Of a stretch of 37,524 nucleotides of DNA, positions 26,185 to 35,634 are shown piece by piece. Made by a program: the position numbers and the translations under genes. Under the pieces are notes generated by a model that was not told the origin of the DNA, did not search any database, and worked only from the letters and a program-made list of their open reading frames with translations. The stretch comes from a virus (Duplodnaviria; Caudoviricetes), in the IMG/VR virus record IMGVR_UViG_3300035533_000068, positions 1 through 37,524 of that record; one strand, 5' to 3'. Numbering within the stretch: the first letter of the stretch is position 1; every line of letters starts with the position of its first letter.

Positions 26185-26411
26185 AGCATTATCCACGCAT
26201 TGACGTAGTTGATGACGAGGAGAGTTATGAGCGTTGGGTTTCCAATTACATCAGGCAGGGTAATGCTTTAATAAGCTTATTTTTTCATATCCCTTTTCCT
26301 GAAAAACTAACCGATAATGTTTGGTTTGAAAAAATGAGACAGATAGAATGGTTGGCTGAAAAGGGATTATTAGGAGTTAAATTTGATATTGATAATGCCA
26401 CAAACGCTTAA
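26178..26411 (+). CDS. -1 frameshift extension of the tail chaperone (gpT equivalent), missing from the ORF track
   Basis: A_AAA_AAC at 26172-26178. The -1 frame is open for 77 codons (LIKHYPRID...LFFHIPFPEKLTDNVWFEK...) to TAA at 26409-26411. Confidence 0.75.
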   Translation, partial: LIKHYPRIDVVDDEESYERWVSNYIRQGNALISLFFHIPFPEKLTDNVWFEKMRQIEWLAEKGLLGVKFDIDNATNA

Positions 26412-27033
26412 TATATCAGACATTTTTCAACGCTACGACCGCGCTTTTGGGTATGCTGCCATGAAGGTAACACCACGCTTAATTCAGGCAGGATTTAATC
26501 CAAAATGGTATTTGAACATACCGGTGTATGATAAAACGGAGAGCGTTTATGCTGAAATGGAATTTGAAAATACAAAATCTGGTGATAAGTATTCATTTGG
26601 CATTGATGCTTTAGAAGATGGCACTCCTGCACTTCCTTTTATGAAGCAGGAAGTTAACGAAAGCAGATTTTTAGCTCCGCCACCTATGGTATCCTTCCGA
26701 AGAAGTAAACACAAGGTTATCACTCCTATCGACCGTTCAGAATATGAAGTAATTGAAAATTTTGGTAATAAAGGTTACCGAATATCTTTGAACGGTATTT
26801 TAATTGACCAGGAAAAACATCAATACCCTTCGGCACTGGTAAAGGCTGCTCATAATATGTTTGGAGCTCCCGGAACTTATAAGGTGAACGGACAGATTTT
26901 TGAAGACCTGGAAATTTATGAGCTCTTTTTCGAGGATGATTTTCGCGTGGAGTTTGTCGAAGGGTTTGTTGATACCGTGAAATTTAGTGTAATGGCAATG
27001 GCTGTTCAGTCAGCAGTATTTCGACTAACATGA
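26395..27033 (+). CDS. Putative tail tube initiator / baseplate protein (DUF6046-like); start moved to ATG 26395
   Basis: SKHKVITPI...VIENFG...YRISLNGIL; precedes the hub gene. Confidence 0.6.
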   Translation: MPQTLNISDIFQRYDRAFGYAAMKVTPRLIQAGFNPKWYLNIPVYDKTESVYAEMEFENTKSGDKYSFGIDALEDGTPALPFMKQEVNESRFLAPPPMVSFRRSKHKVITPIDRSEYEVIENFGNKGYRISLNGILIDQEKHQYPSALVKAAHNMFGAPGTYKVNGQIFEDLEIYELFFEDDFRVEFVEGFVDTVKFSVMAMAVQSAVFRLT

Positions 27034-27998
27034 AAGAAAAACAACGGTTATATTTCGAACCCAATGCAAGGGTAACTGTAGGGTCGATTGTTTTTGACCA
27101 GGTAAATGCCGTTGTTATTAATGAAAGTGTACTTAATTTAAGCAATAGTGCAACAGTTACATTGCCTCGTAATTTCAAAGAGATGGATGGCAAAAGTCCG
27201 CTTGATTTTATGAACGTTGGCGATAAAGTAATTATTGAACTAGGATATGATGAAAATTATTCTGTTGAATTTACCGGCTATCTTGCCGAAATAGAAGCGG
27301 GTATTCCTCTTATATTACATTTCGATGATGAAATGTATCCTTTAAAACAAAACCGTTTTAAAAAGACCTTTCCTTCCATTAAATTAAAAGAACTACTTAT
27401 CTATATAGCTCCTTCTTATACTATTGAATGTTCTGATGTTGAACTTGGACAATTTCAAATTGCCAATGTCAGCACATTTAGAGTGTTAGAAGCTTTACAG
27501 CAACAATTTGGTTTTTACACAAAGTTGAAAAATGGCGTGTTAAGATGCTTTTACCCTTTTGATTTCGAATATTTTCAAAATCATAAATATCAATTTGCTG
27601 TAAATATAAAAAAGCAGGAAGGTTTGACATGGCACCGTGCCGAAGATGTAAAGATAAGGGTAAAAGGAATAGCTAACCAACGAGATGGTGAAAAGCTAAC
27701 TTATGAAACAGGTAGTGAAGACAGTGATGCATCGCGACGAACCTTAAACTATGGCGACATAAATTATAACGAGTTAGTTGAACGTGTCGAAGCTGATTAT
27801 AAACGTTTTGCTTTTGATGGTTATTCTGGTGATGTCAACGGGTGGGGTATTCCCGAAACACATGCCGGTGATATTCTGACAATTATAGATAATGACGAAC
27901 CTGAACGAGAAGGTGATTATTTAATTGAAAAAGTGGTAATTACTTATTCGTTAGATCAGGGATTTAACCGAAAAAATACATTAAGCTATAAAGTATGA
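27030..27998 (+). CDS. Baseplate hub (P2 gpD / Mu gp44-like)
   Basis: VGDKVIIELGY, FTGY, GDYLIEKVVITY. Confidence 0.8.
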   Translation: MKEKQRLYFEPNARVTVGSIVFDQVNAVVINESVLNLSNSATVTLPRNFKEMDGKSPLDFMNVGDKVIIELGYDENYSVEFTGYLAEIEAGIPLILHFDDEMYPLKQNRFKKTFPSIKLKELLIYIAPSYTIECSDVELGQFQIANVSTFRVLEALQQQFGFYTKLKNGVLRCFYPFDFEYFQNHKYQFAVNIKKQEGLTWHRAEDVKIRVKGIANQRDGEKLTYETGSEDSDASRRTLNYGDINYNELVERVEADYKRFAFDGYSGDVNGWGIPETHAGDILTIIDNDEPEREGDYLIEKVVITYSLDQGFNRKNTLSYKV

Positions 27999-28474
27999 CC
28001 AACGAATTTCAAAGAGCGGTTGAGATCATTGTAAGAAAGAATATACCATTGTTACTTACAGAAGGTGTTGTGTCTGCTGTTGATAAAGATACCAACACCT
28101 GTAATGTTGACCGTGGCGACCTGCCTGAATTGCTTAATGTACGATTAGATGCTATTTTGAAAGCAGGTGATAATAAGATAACCATATACCCAGAGAGAGG
28201 CAGCAAGGTACTTTGCATCCTGGTTGAAAACAATCCTACAGATGCATATATCCTTGCTGCCAATGATATTGAAGAAATTAAAGTGAAAATTGATACCTCT
28301 GAATTTATTATTAACAAAGATGGATTTTTAATCCAACGAGGAGATAATAATTTGAAATCATTGATTAGCGATTTTATCAGTGAAGTTCAAAATATCATTG
28401 TTGTGCAGGGAACAGGCCCAAACGTGCCTGTACTTGAAAATATTAAAACAAAAATCACTAATTTATTAACATAA
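27995..28474 (+). CDS. Baseplate spike (gpV / gp45-like)
   Basis: OB-fold N-terminus with PERGSKV; follows the hub gene. Confidence 0.7.
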   Translation: MTNEFQRAVEIIVRKNIPLLLTEGVVSAVDKDTNTCNVDRGDLPELLNVRLDAILKAGDNKITIYPERGSKVLCILVENNPTDAYILAANDIEEIKVKIDTSEFIINKDGFLIQRGDNNLKSLISDFISEVQNIIVVQGTGPNVPVLENIKTKITNLLT

Positions 28475-28686
28475 TGGCACTGGATAAAGATGCATTGAAA
28501 TTGAAAATCAAGCAGGCCTTTGATGACGAATCGGATGTCGAAGTTGACCCTGCCGAAGCAAGGGAGCGAATTGCCCAGGCAATAGCAAATGCAGTAGACG
28601 ATTATGTAAAAGCAGGTACAGTGAATGTAAGTGTATCGGTAGATCCAAGTACCCATGTTGGAACAGGAACTGGAAGTATATCATAA
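28474..28686 (+). CDS. Small baseplate-associated protein
   Basis: IANAVDDYVK...GTGTGSIS; follows the spike gene. Confidence 0.6.
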   Translation: MALDKDALKLKIKQAFDDESDVEVDPAEARERIAQAIANAVDDYVKAGTVNVSVSVDPSTHVGTGTGSIS

Positions 28687-28992
28687 ATGGAAGTTAGAAA
28701 AGACATATTGCTCGATAACAATTTTAACATGCAGGCCGATGGCCGGGATATACTTATTGGTGACAGCGATGCACAGCATGTTAGTTTTTTGTTGATGAGC
28801 CCTAAGAATTCATTTAAGGAATTTCCTGCAGTAGGTGCAGGACTGGAAGCCTGGAGAAAAAAACCATATAGTTCCAAGGCATCGATGCGTAGAGAGATTA
28901 TTGAGCAATTGAAAAATGATGGGTATAAAGCAGTTGATTTAAACATTAGTAACATTGGAGAGGTGTTGTTGAATTACGATAATATTTATTGA
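28687..28992 (+). CDS. gp25/gp46-like baseplate wedge protein
   Basis: FKEFPAVGAGL motif and position. Confidence 0.65.
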   Translation: MEVRKDILLDNNFNMQADGRDILIGDSDAQHVSFLLMSPKNSFKEFPAVGAGLEAWRKKPYSSKASMRREIIEQLKNDGYKAVDLNISNIGEVLLNYDNIY

Positions 28993-28993
28993 T

Positions 28994-29431
28994 ATGTACA
29001 CATATAGCAAAACATCATTAGAAAGATTACAAACAGCAAATGACCCTTTGCCTGAGCTTTTTAAAAGGGCTTTGAAAAACAGCCCTATTGACTTTGGCAT
29101 TGCACGTGGTAAATCAACAGCCAAAGAGCAATTTGAATTATTCAAAAAAGGGCGCCGCGAGGTGGATGGCGTTTGGATCATTGAAAATCCTCGTGAAGTT
29201 GTAACTTTTAAAGATGGGTATAACAAAGAAAGCAATCATCAAACAGGAAATGCTGTGGATGTATATGCGTGGGTGAATGGACGTGCCAGCTGGGATAAGA
29301 TACACTTATCTATAATAGCAGGGGTAGTTTTAGCTACTGCCGCAGAAATGGGTATTAAATTGCGCTGGGGTGGTACGTTCGGAAGCCATGTGTTTAAAGG
29401 ATGGGACAAACCACATTATGAACTGATATAA
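28994..29431 (+). CDS. Endolysin, M15 family (L-Ala-D-Glu peptidase-like)
   Basis: SNHQTGNAVD, LRWGG, DKPHYEL. Confidence 0.88.
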   Translation: MYTYSKTSLERLQTANDPLPELFKRALKNSPIDFGIARGKSTAKEQFELFKKGRREVDGVWIIENPREVVTFKDGYNKESNHQTGNAVDVYAWVNGRASWDKIHLSIIAGVVLATAAEMGIKLRWGGTFGSHVFKGWDKPHYELI

Positions 29432-29432
29432 T

Positions 29433-29717
29433 ATGAAAACAGTAGCTATAGCCGTTGAGCAAAATATTTACGATATCGCTGTACAAGAGTATGGAAGTAT
29501 TGAAGGCATTTTACAGCTACGGCAGTTAAACGATTTTTCTTTTAGTCAGGATATACAACCAGGTGATGATGTTGTAATAGATAATAATGTTGTGGACAAA
29601 AATATTAAAGAAATTTTACAGCTATATCCTAAGATAGCAACCGGTAATGATTTTGATAAACAGGTACTTGAAGGTATTGGTTATTGGGCAATAGGAGTTG
29701 ATTTTGTAGTAAGCTAA
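29433..29717 (+). CDS. LysM / tail-X-like baseplate protein
   Basis: QNIYDIAVQEYGSIEG...LN and GIGYWAIGVDFVVS. Confidence 0.72.
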   Translation: MKTVAIAVEQNIYDIAVQEYGSIEGILQLRQLNDFSFSQDIQPGDDVVIDNNVVDKNIKEILQLYPKIATGNDFDKQVLEGIGYWAIGVDFVVS

Positions 29718-29723
29718 AAAAAT

Positions 29724-30695
29724 ATGGCACGAAGTATATCGCAAATTAAACAATCGATTACACAACAGATACTTAACAACGGAGTATTAGTGGAGTTGTT
29801 GAATTTAGATGCAACTCTATCGTGGGATGAACATTTACAGCAGGGGCTCATTAGCCGTACCAGTTTTATTAATTTGATAGTAATAATTATAGCAACATCT
29901 ATCTGGACCTTGGAAATTCTCTTTGATGATCATAAAAAAGAAACAGAGGAATTGCTTCGCAATCAGAAAGTGCAACGTTTGAAATGGTATGAGCAAAAGG
30001 CGCTTGATTTTCAATATGGGCATACATTGAATGACATTTTTGAAGGCGAAGAGGATTATTACGATAATAGCAATAGAACCGAAGATGAAGTTGAAAAAGC
30101 GAAGGTGGTTAAAAAAGTGTCGGTAAACGAGTTGCCTGCCAACGATGATAATGATATACAGATGAAAATTGCCGGTATGGATGACGATGGTAATTTAATT
30201 CAATTATCCAACGATCCTGCTACTCCTTATTACGATGCATTTGTTGCATATATAAAAAAAATAAAAGGGGCTGGTATATACATCGAAATTATTAACAGAG
30301 TTGCCGACAAATTGAAATTAGATATACGCGTTTATTACGACCCACTTGTGTTAACTTCTGCCGGTAAACCAATTACCGGTGGAGATGATGAACCTGTAAG
30401 AGATGCTGTGGCCGATTTTCTTAAAACAGGAATCGATTTTGACGGCATATTAATTCTGAACCAGCTGGTTGATAAATTACAGAATGTAGAGGGTGCTTTA
30501 ATTCCTGAAATTACAAATGCTCAATATGAAGATGCTGAAGGGGGCTTCCTTCCGTTGGTTACTAAAAGGCAACCATTTAGCGGGTATTTCACGACGGCAG
30601 AAACGGATGCTGATGAATTAATTGTTGAAGAAACAGAGGAAGGCACCTGGACGAAAAAAGGCTTTTTAAACATACTTTATATACCCAATAATTAA
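29724..30695 (+). CDS. Baseplate J-like wedge protein
   Basis: MARSISQIK, WYEQKALDFQYG, IKGAG, LVDKLQNVEG. Confidence 0.75.
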   Translation: MARSISQIKQSITQQILNNGVLVELLNLDATLSWDEHLQQGLISRTSFINLIVIIIATSIWTLEILFDDHKKETEELLRNQKVQRLKWYEQKALDFQYGHTLNDIFEGEEDYYDNSNRTEDEVEKAKVVKKVSVNELPANDDNDIQMKIAGMDDDGNLIQLSNDPATPYYDAFVAYIKKIKGAGIYIEIINRVADKLKLDIRVYYDPLVLTSAGKPITGGDDEPVRDAVADFLKTGIDFDGILILNQLVDKLQNVEGALIPEITNAQYEDAEGGFLPLVTKRQPFSGYFTTAETDADELIVEETEEGTWTKKGFLNILYIPNN

Positions 30696-30703
30696 CGTTT
30701 AAA

Positions 30704-31207
30704 ATGGGGAAATTTGAACTGAATTATAATAAGTTAATATTTTGGCTAAATCATCCACATTTAACCAAATCAAACTTTTATGATTTTTTAAGAGCATTAA
30801 TAGCTCCTATTTCCCAATTAAAATCGGAATTTGACAAGTTTAGAAAGCAAACAGCTTATAAAATAAAAATCACAGGACAGGTAGTTTATTTAGAAAGAGC
30901 GCTAAATGATGAGTTCGATTATAGCGAAAGAAGGATATACATTGAAGATATTTTTAAACACCAGGTTGTAAATTTATACGATCGTGCTGATTGGGATCAA
31001 TTGGCCGAAAGTGAAAAGGTCTATTTATACGATCGTGATGATGATATTCCTGTTGATTTGTATGATAGAGGCAGCGGGACAGATGCCGGTGGATTTGTAA
31101 TTCATGTTCCGTTCATGCTTAGCGAGCAGCAACGAATAAAAATGCACGCCCTGGTGCGATATTATAAATTGCCAGGAAAAAATTATATGATTGTTGAAAA
31201 TGTTTAA
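30704..31207 (+). CDS. Baseplate protein (gpI / gp48-like)
   Basis: GQVVYLERALNDEFD and YYKLPGKNY; follows the J-like gene. Confidence 0.68.
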   Translation: MGKFELNYNKLIFWLNHPHLTKSNFYDFLRALIAPISQLKSEFDKFRKQTAYKIKITGQVVYLERALNDEFDYSERRIYIEDIFKHQVVNLYDRADWDQLAESEKVYLYDRDDDIPVDLYDRGSGTDAGGFVIHVPFMLSEQQRIKMHALVRYYKLPGKNYMIVENV

Positions 31208-31218
31208 ATTATAAAAAG

Positions 31219-32133
31219 ATGAAGTATCATAAAATTCCAGCAATAGGTACCCGAATGGGGCTAGATAAACAAGATTTGGATTGGATGCAGTCAGGATTAC
31301 AGGAAGCTGTTAACGGTTTGTTAAATTTGCTGGGGGATGGAAATTATATCATCAACGGGGTGCAAGTGTCTGGAACACAACTAACCGACGGGTGGATTTA
31401 CTACAACGGGGAGCTTTTAAAATTTAAGGGAGGAGCTATAAATAGTAAATTCATTATTGTCAACGAAGAAGTAACAGAGGATACAGGTGACTTTGAAAAA
31501 TATGCAATGCCAGGGACAGGGGTTGGAGATATCGCCCTTTCGTCGCTTGAAAGGGTGAGCCAATTAATTAATTTAGTAACTGTCCAAAATGATTTGTCAA
31601 ATTTACAGATACTTGTTAATGGTTTGTTCAAGACAGGAATGATTATGCCTTTTATGGGCACAGTTGCCCCATCAGGATGGATGTTATGTGATGGTAGATC
31701 AATTCCGGATGATGAAGAACATGCTGCATTACGATCTTTAGTTGGTAATAATACTCCTAATTTAAACGAATTGACCATTGTTGGTGCAGGCACTCGTAAT
31801 GTTGGAAGTATATTGGGAAATAATGAAATAAATCTTTCTGTTGAACAATTGCCAGCTCACAAACATGAAGCTGGTACGCTTAAAACTACAGAGGCAGGAA
31901 ATCATTATCATCAAATTGCTGGCGAAATTATGCAAAAAGATGGAAGTTCAACAAAAGAGGTTGCTGCTTTAGATACTAGGGGTGATCCAGGTTTTGGAAC
32001 ATATTACAAAAACACTGGTAGTGCAGGAAATCATTTGCATTATATAGATGGAGAAACTGCTTCTGCAGGGAGTGGAACTGCGATTGACATTAGGAACCCA
32101 AGTTTTGCAGCAAACTTTATTATAAAAATTTAG
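31219..32133 (+). CDS. Tail fibre protein with collar domain and HxH metal-binding motifs
   Basis: TGMIMPF...APSGWMLCDG collar; LPAHKH, HYH, HLH; C-terminal NFIIKI. Confidence 0.85.
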   Translation: MKYHKIPAIGTRMGLDKQDLDWMQSGLQEAVNGLLNLLGDGNYIINGVQVSGTQLTDGWIYYNGELLKFKGGAINSKFIIVNEEVTEDTGDFEKYAMPGTGVGDIALSSLERVSQLINLVTVQNDLSNLQILVNGLFKTGMIMPFMGTVAPSGWMLCDGRSIPDDEEHAALRSLVGNNTPNLNELTIVGAGTRNVGSILGNNEINLSVEQLPAHKHEAGTLKTTEAGNHYHQIAGEIMQKDGSSTKEVAALDTRGDPGFGTYYKNTGSAGNHLHYIDGETASAGSGTAIDIRNPSFAANFIIKI

Positions 32134-32135
32134 TT

Positions 32136-32495
32136 ATGGCAGCACAAGATCGCAATACACTAAAACAATGGTTTGAAACACTCGATAAACCAACACAGGA
32201 GCAATTTGCTGACCTGATAGATTCGTTTTTGTTAATTACTGAAAATCTACCCGCAGAAAGAGTGGAAGGGCTAGCAGCATTGTTAGCTAATAAATCGGAT
32301 AAAGGACATTTACATACCGGCGATATCGATTTTGCTGCAGTTACTTTTGATGAAAATGGAGTGAGCAACCAAGCCATTGCCAGCGATTACTCTTTTTCTG
32401 TTGATGCTAATTTTATTTACATCAAACGAACGGACAACTTCTGGGTTCGTTCGAAGATACATAAAGAAGCTAATTTGGATACATTACCTGAATAA
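32136..32495 (+). CDS. Small tail-fibre-associated protein
   Basis: TLKQWFETLDKPTQEQFADLIDSF resembles fibre N-terminal modules. Confidence 0.55.
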   Translation: MAAQDRNTLKQWFETLDKPTQEQFADLIDSFLLITENLPAERVEGLAALLANKSDKGHLHTGDIDFAAVTFDENGVSNQAIASDYSFSVDANFIYIKRTDNFWVRSKIHKEANLDTLPE

Positions 32496-32504
32496 ATTAA
32501 GATT

Positions 32505-33518
32505 ATGAAAAAATCAATAATTATATTATTAGTTCTGTTCGCTCAAATTTCTTTTGGGCAAAACGTAGTGAAATTAACAGATGGCGAACCGGCTTATATA
32601 CCAAACTATCTAATTATCGAAGGAAATTTGTATTTTAAAAATACGGCCGGATATACCAGCCTTGGAGACACTTTATATGGGTATGTAAGTAAAGCTGATA
32701 GTACTATATTGTTTTACACTCATCGCCAAATTGACAGCATTTTAGCTATCAACAACACGTTTGATGGCAATCTTAACATTACACGAACAGATTGGCCGGT
32801 TGGTGAGCAAATAGGAGGAACTACTATAAAGGAAGTATTAAACAACTTGCTTTATCCATCTGTCCCGCCAACATCTACTATAAGCAGTTCATTAGCAACT
32901 ACCCAAGAATATATGGCCGATGGTACTGATCTATCTGTTGATTTATTATGGACAGCAACCCGACCCGAAGCATGCCTACCAATAATATCTATTTTAGTTG
33001 ATGGTGTATCACAAATATTAGATTCTCCTTTTGACGAAGGACATACACAAAGTGGAACATTAACAGGACGGTCATTGCCTCGAAATATTCAAACATCTTA
33101 TATTATTGAAGTTAATTCAGAGGATAAATCAAATAGCAGCTCTGTAACAATAGTATGGCGATGGAAACGGTATTGGGGAGCTTTTGCCAGTGCAGTACCT
33201 CCAACCGATGGGAGCTTTACAATAACCGATGCAGATATATTAGCATTAACAGGTGCCGGCATAGGTACAGGAAGTGAATTTGCAACCAGCAGGCAAAAAA
33301 ACTATAATGGCATTAACGGGGCAGGAAATTACCTGGTATTTGCTTTTCCATCTTCATGGGGTACTCCTACATTTAAGATTAATGGATTAACTTCTACTGC
33401 ATTTACAAAAGTAAGAGATGATATTTTTGTAAATGCAAGTGGTGGTTCAAATACTTATCAAGTATGGGTAACTAATAGTGAAATGAATTCACCTATTAGT
33501 GAATTTGAAATTGAATAA
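32505..33518 (+). CDS. Beta-rich putative virion appendage protein with Sec-like signal peptide
   Basis: MKKSIIILLVLFAQISFG|Q; Ig-like segment; RYWG...YLVFAFP...NASG...YQVW. Confidence 0.6.
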   Translation: MKKSIIILLVLFAQISFGQNVVKLTDGEPAYIPNYLIIEGNLYFKNTAGYTSLGDTLYGYVSKADSTILFYTHRQIDSILAINNTFDGNLNITRTDWPVGEQIGGTTIKEVLNNLLYPSVPPTSTISSSLATTQEYMADGTDLSVDLLWTATRPEACLPIISILVDGVSQILDSPFDEGHTQSGTLTGRSLPRNIQTSYIIEVNSEDKSNSSSVTIVWRWKRYWGAFASAVPPTDGSFTITDADILALTGAGIGTGSEFATSRQKNYNGINGAGNYLVFAFPSSWGTPTFKINGLTSTAFTKVRDDIFVNASGGSNTYQVWVTNSEMNSPISEFEIE

Positions 33519-33520
33519 TT

Positions 33521-34375
33521 ATGGGAAATGCTAAAGAATATTTATCATCTAACGAAATAGTTGATGTAATTCTCGAAGAAAAAGACAATATTTATGGTTA
33601 TTTCTATAGGCTTTTTCATAGTATTAATACAGATTTTCAAACCTTCCTTATAAAAAAATATAGTAGTTATAACCTGGTTAGAGAAGAAGTGTTACAAAAG
33701 GCAATATATACAATGCTTGAAAAAGCAATAAATTTAAAAAAAGAAGCTGTATTATTTACATATTTTAATTATGTGAAATTTGCTCTTTTTAATGAAACCA
33801 GGTATTCGGCAGCTAAAGAAGTTTATGATTTTAAGGTTTTTAAGGAATCTGGTAACAATGAGAGTTTTCTTGAAATGCAGGAAGATGATACTAATCCGGA
33901 AATAGATTTTATTAATAATGAATTAAATGAATTACTGAAATCATTAATTGAAGGTTCGTTTAATCGATTTTCAAAAAAAATAGGCCTTACAGAAGAGGAT
34001 AAGCAGATTTTGAAGCTGAAATATTTTAATAATAAAGAACTTTCTTATAATGAAATGTGTGAGAAATTTAATATTAGTTATAATTATCTCGTTAGAAAAC
34101 TTGTACATATAAAAGATAAATTACGCGAATATTATATTATAAATTATTATCATTTGGTAGAAGAATTCATACCTAAACGAGGAAAAATTACAGATAATAG
34201 AAAAAATAAAAAAAACAACAAAAATTTTTCGGTTTACGAGGATGTTGTTATTTCTAAATATTTTAAAAAAGTAGAACCTTTTAAGATTTTAGAAATCTTA
34301 AACTTCAAAAGATCAAATCCTGTTACATTTGAAGATGTTTCAAACCGATATTATAAAATTCGTAAGCGACCATGA
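33521..34375 (+). CDS. Sigma-70-family-like factor with C-terminal extension
   Basis: Region 2-like EEVLQKAIYTMLEK...FTYF and region 4-like LTEEDKQILKLKYF...SYNEMCEKFNIS. Confidence 0.6.
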   Translation: MGNAKEYLSSNEIVDVILEEKDNIYGYFYRLFHSINTDFQTFLIKKYSSYNLVREEVLQKAIYTMLEKAINLKKEAVLFTYFNYVKFALFNETRYSAAKEVYDFKVFKESGNNESFLEMQEDDTNPEIDFINNELNELLKSLIEGSFNRFSKKIGLTEEDKQILKLKYFNNKELSYNEMCEKFNISYNYLVRKLVHIKDKLREYYIINYYHLVEEFIPKRGKITDNRKNKKNNKNFSVYEDVVISKYFKKVEPFKILEILNFKRSNPVTFEDVSNRYYKIRKRP

Positions 34376-35310
34376 AAAAAGCCATAATATTCATATTTAT
34401 TTTTTTTAAAATATCCGCTTTCGGACAAATTGATCCTGTTTTTCAGAGTTATTACAATGATTTTTTAATCGATGCACAAGTAAGAGGTGTTAATTTAACT
34501 CAAAGATATCCAGTTTCTATTCAATTTAGTAAGCATGAATTAAAAAGTGCTTCTGCTATATCTTATATTAGTCATTATAATAAAACATCTAATATAAAAG
34601 TTGATCCTATTGACTGGTATGATGCATCTGATACAAAAAAGAAAATGATGATTTATCATGAACTTGGGCATTGTTTGCTATTTAGGCCTCATTGTACACA
34701 TACATTGTCATTAATGAATGATCCACTGATTTCTGAAGATGTATTTGTAAATAATGAAGCTGCAATCTTAGAAGAGCTTTTTATCCCTTTTAGTGATCCT
34801 TCAATACAATTACGATATCCATTAGGGCATAATGACGATACCGTTTTGATAAAGCATGGAGATCTTATATTACTTTTTTATGAATTTGGTGATACCCTAA
34901 AGCCATTTATTTTTAACGGTAGAGATAAATATAGCAAATTAAGGTTTTGGATGAACAATAGACATGTTGGCATTTATAGTATTATTGACTTGACAGATCA
35001 GGATAAAATGGTAATTTTAAATAGAAGAATTGTTCAAATAAATAGTACCAGGGCAGGTATTTCATTAATTCAAATGGAAATAGACAAACAACCAAAATGG
35101 ACATATGGTGGGAACATCTTTTTTGACACCGATGATTATCTTATTTTTCATTTTGATAAATTGAACAGTCACTTCGACCCAACTCCTTTTCCCGATGCTG
35201 ATATTCCATCCTCTTATCATACACTTTCCGGCCAGGTAAAGATAGATGAAAGGATAACTAGCATAGCTAAAAGAATAGTTGTTATAACTCTTAATAAGCA
35301 TCCCAAATGA
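34372..35310 (+). CDS. Secreted zincin-like metallopeptidase
   Basis: Signal peptide ending AFG|Q; HELGHCLLFRPH followed by SLMN (Met-turn-like). Confidence 0.7.
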   Translation: MKKAIIFIFIFFKISAFGQIDPVFQSYYNDFLIDAQVRGVNLTQRYPVSIQFSKHELKSASAISYISHYNKTSNIKVDPIDWYDASDTKKKMMIYHELGHCLLFRPHCTHTLSLMNDPLISEDVFVNNEAAILEELFIPFSDPSIQLRYPLGHNDDTVLIKHGDLILLFYEFGDTLKPFIFNGRDKYSKLRFWMNNRHVGIYSIIDLTDQDKMVILNRRIVQINSTRAGISLIQMEIDKQPKWTYGGNIFFDTDDYLIFHFDKLNSHFDPTPFPDADIPSSYHTLSGQVKIDERITSIAKRIVVITLNKHPK

Positions 35311-35633
35311 AACATTTTTTTACAATTATATTGATTTTATTTTCTTTTGAAATTTCATTTTCTCACATTGAAATAAAACCAGAAATTGGTTATCAATATT
35401 CTAAAGGAGTAGCAAATAACATACAGCTATCTATTTGTTCATGTGTCGATTTTGGTGATACGCTCAAAATTTTTTCTTCATCATTTGTAATTTATAACGA
35501 ACCCTATGAGCTTTGTCAAAGGGTTTTTATTAACAATTTGATGCCTGATAAATATTTTGTTGAAAGTGGTACTTATTCAGACAGTATAATTATACCTCCA
35601 ACACAAGTAATTTATATAAAAAAAGAAAATTAA
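35307..35633 (+). CDS. Small exported hypothetical protein
   Basis: N-terminal hydrophobic signal-like segment; ATGA overlap. Confidence 0.55.
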   Translation: MKHFFTIILILFSFEISFSHIEIKPEIGYQYSKGVANNIQLSICSCVDFGDTLKIFSSSFVIYNEPYELCQRVFINNLMPDKYFVESGTYSDSIIIPPTQVIYIKKEN

Positions 35634-35634
35634 C

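Noticed and set aside
30970-31070. Repeated TTTATACGATCGTG / LYDR motifs
   Set aside because: Short in-frame protein repeat in a baseplate gene; no sign of a separate function.
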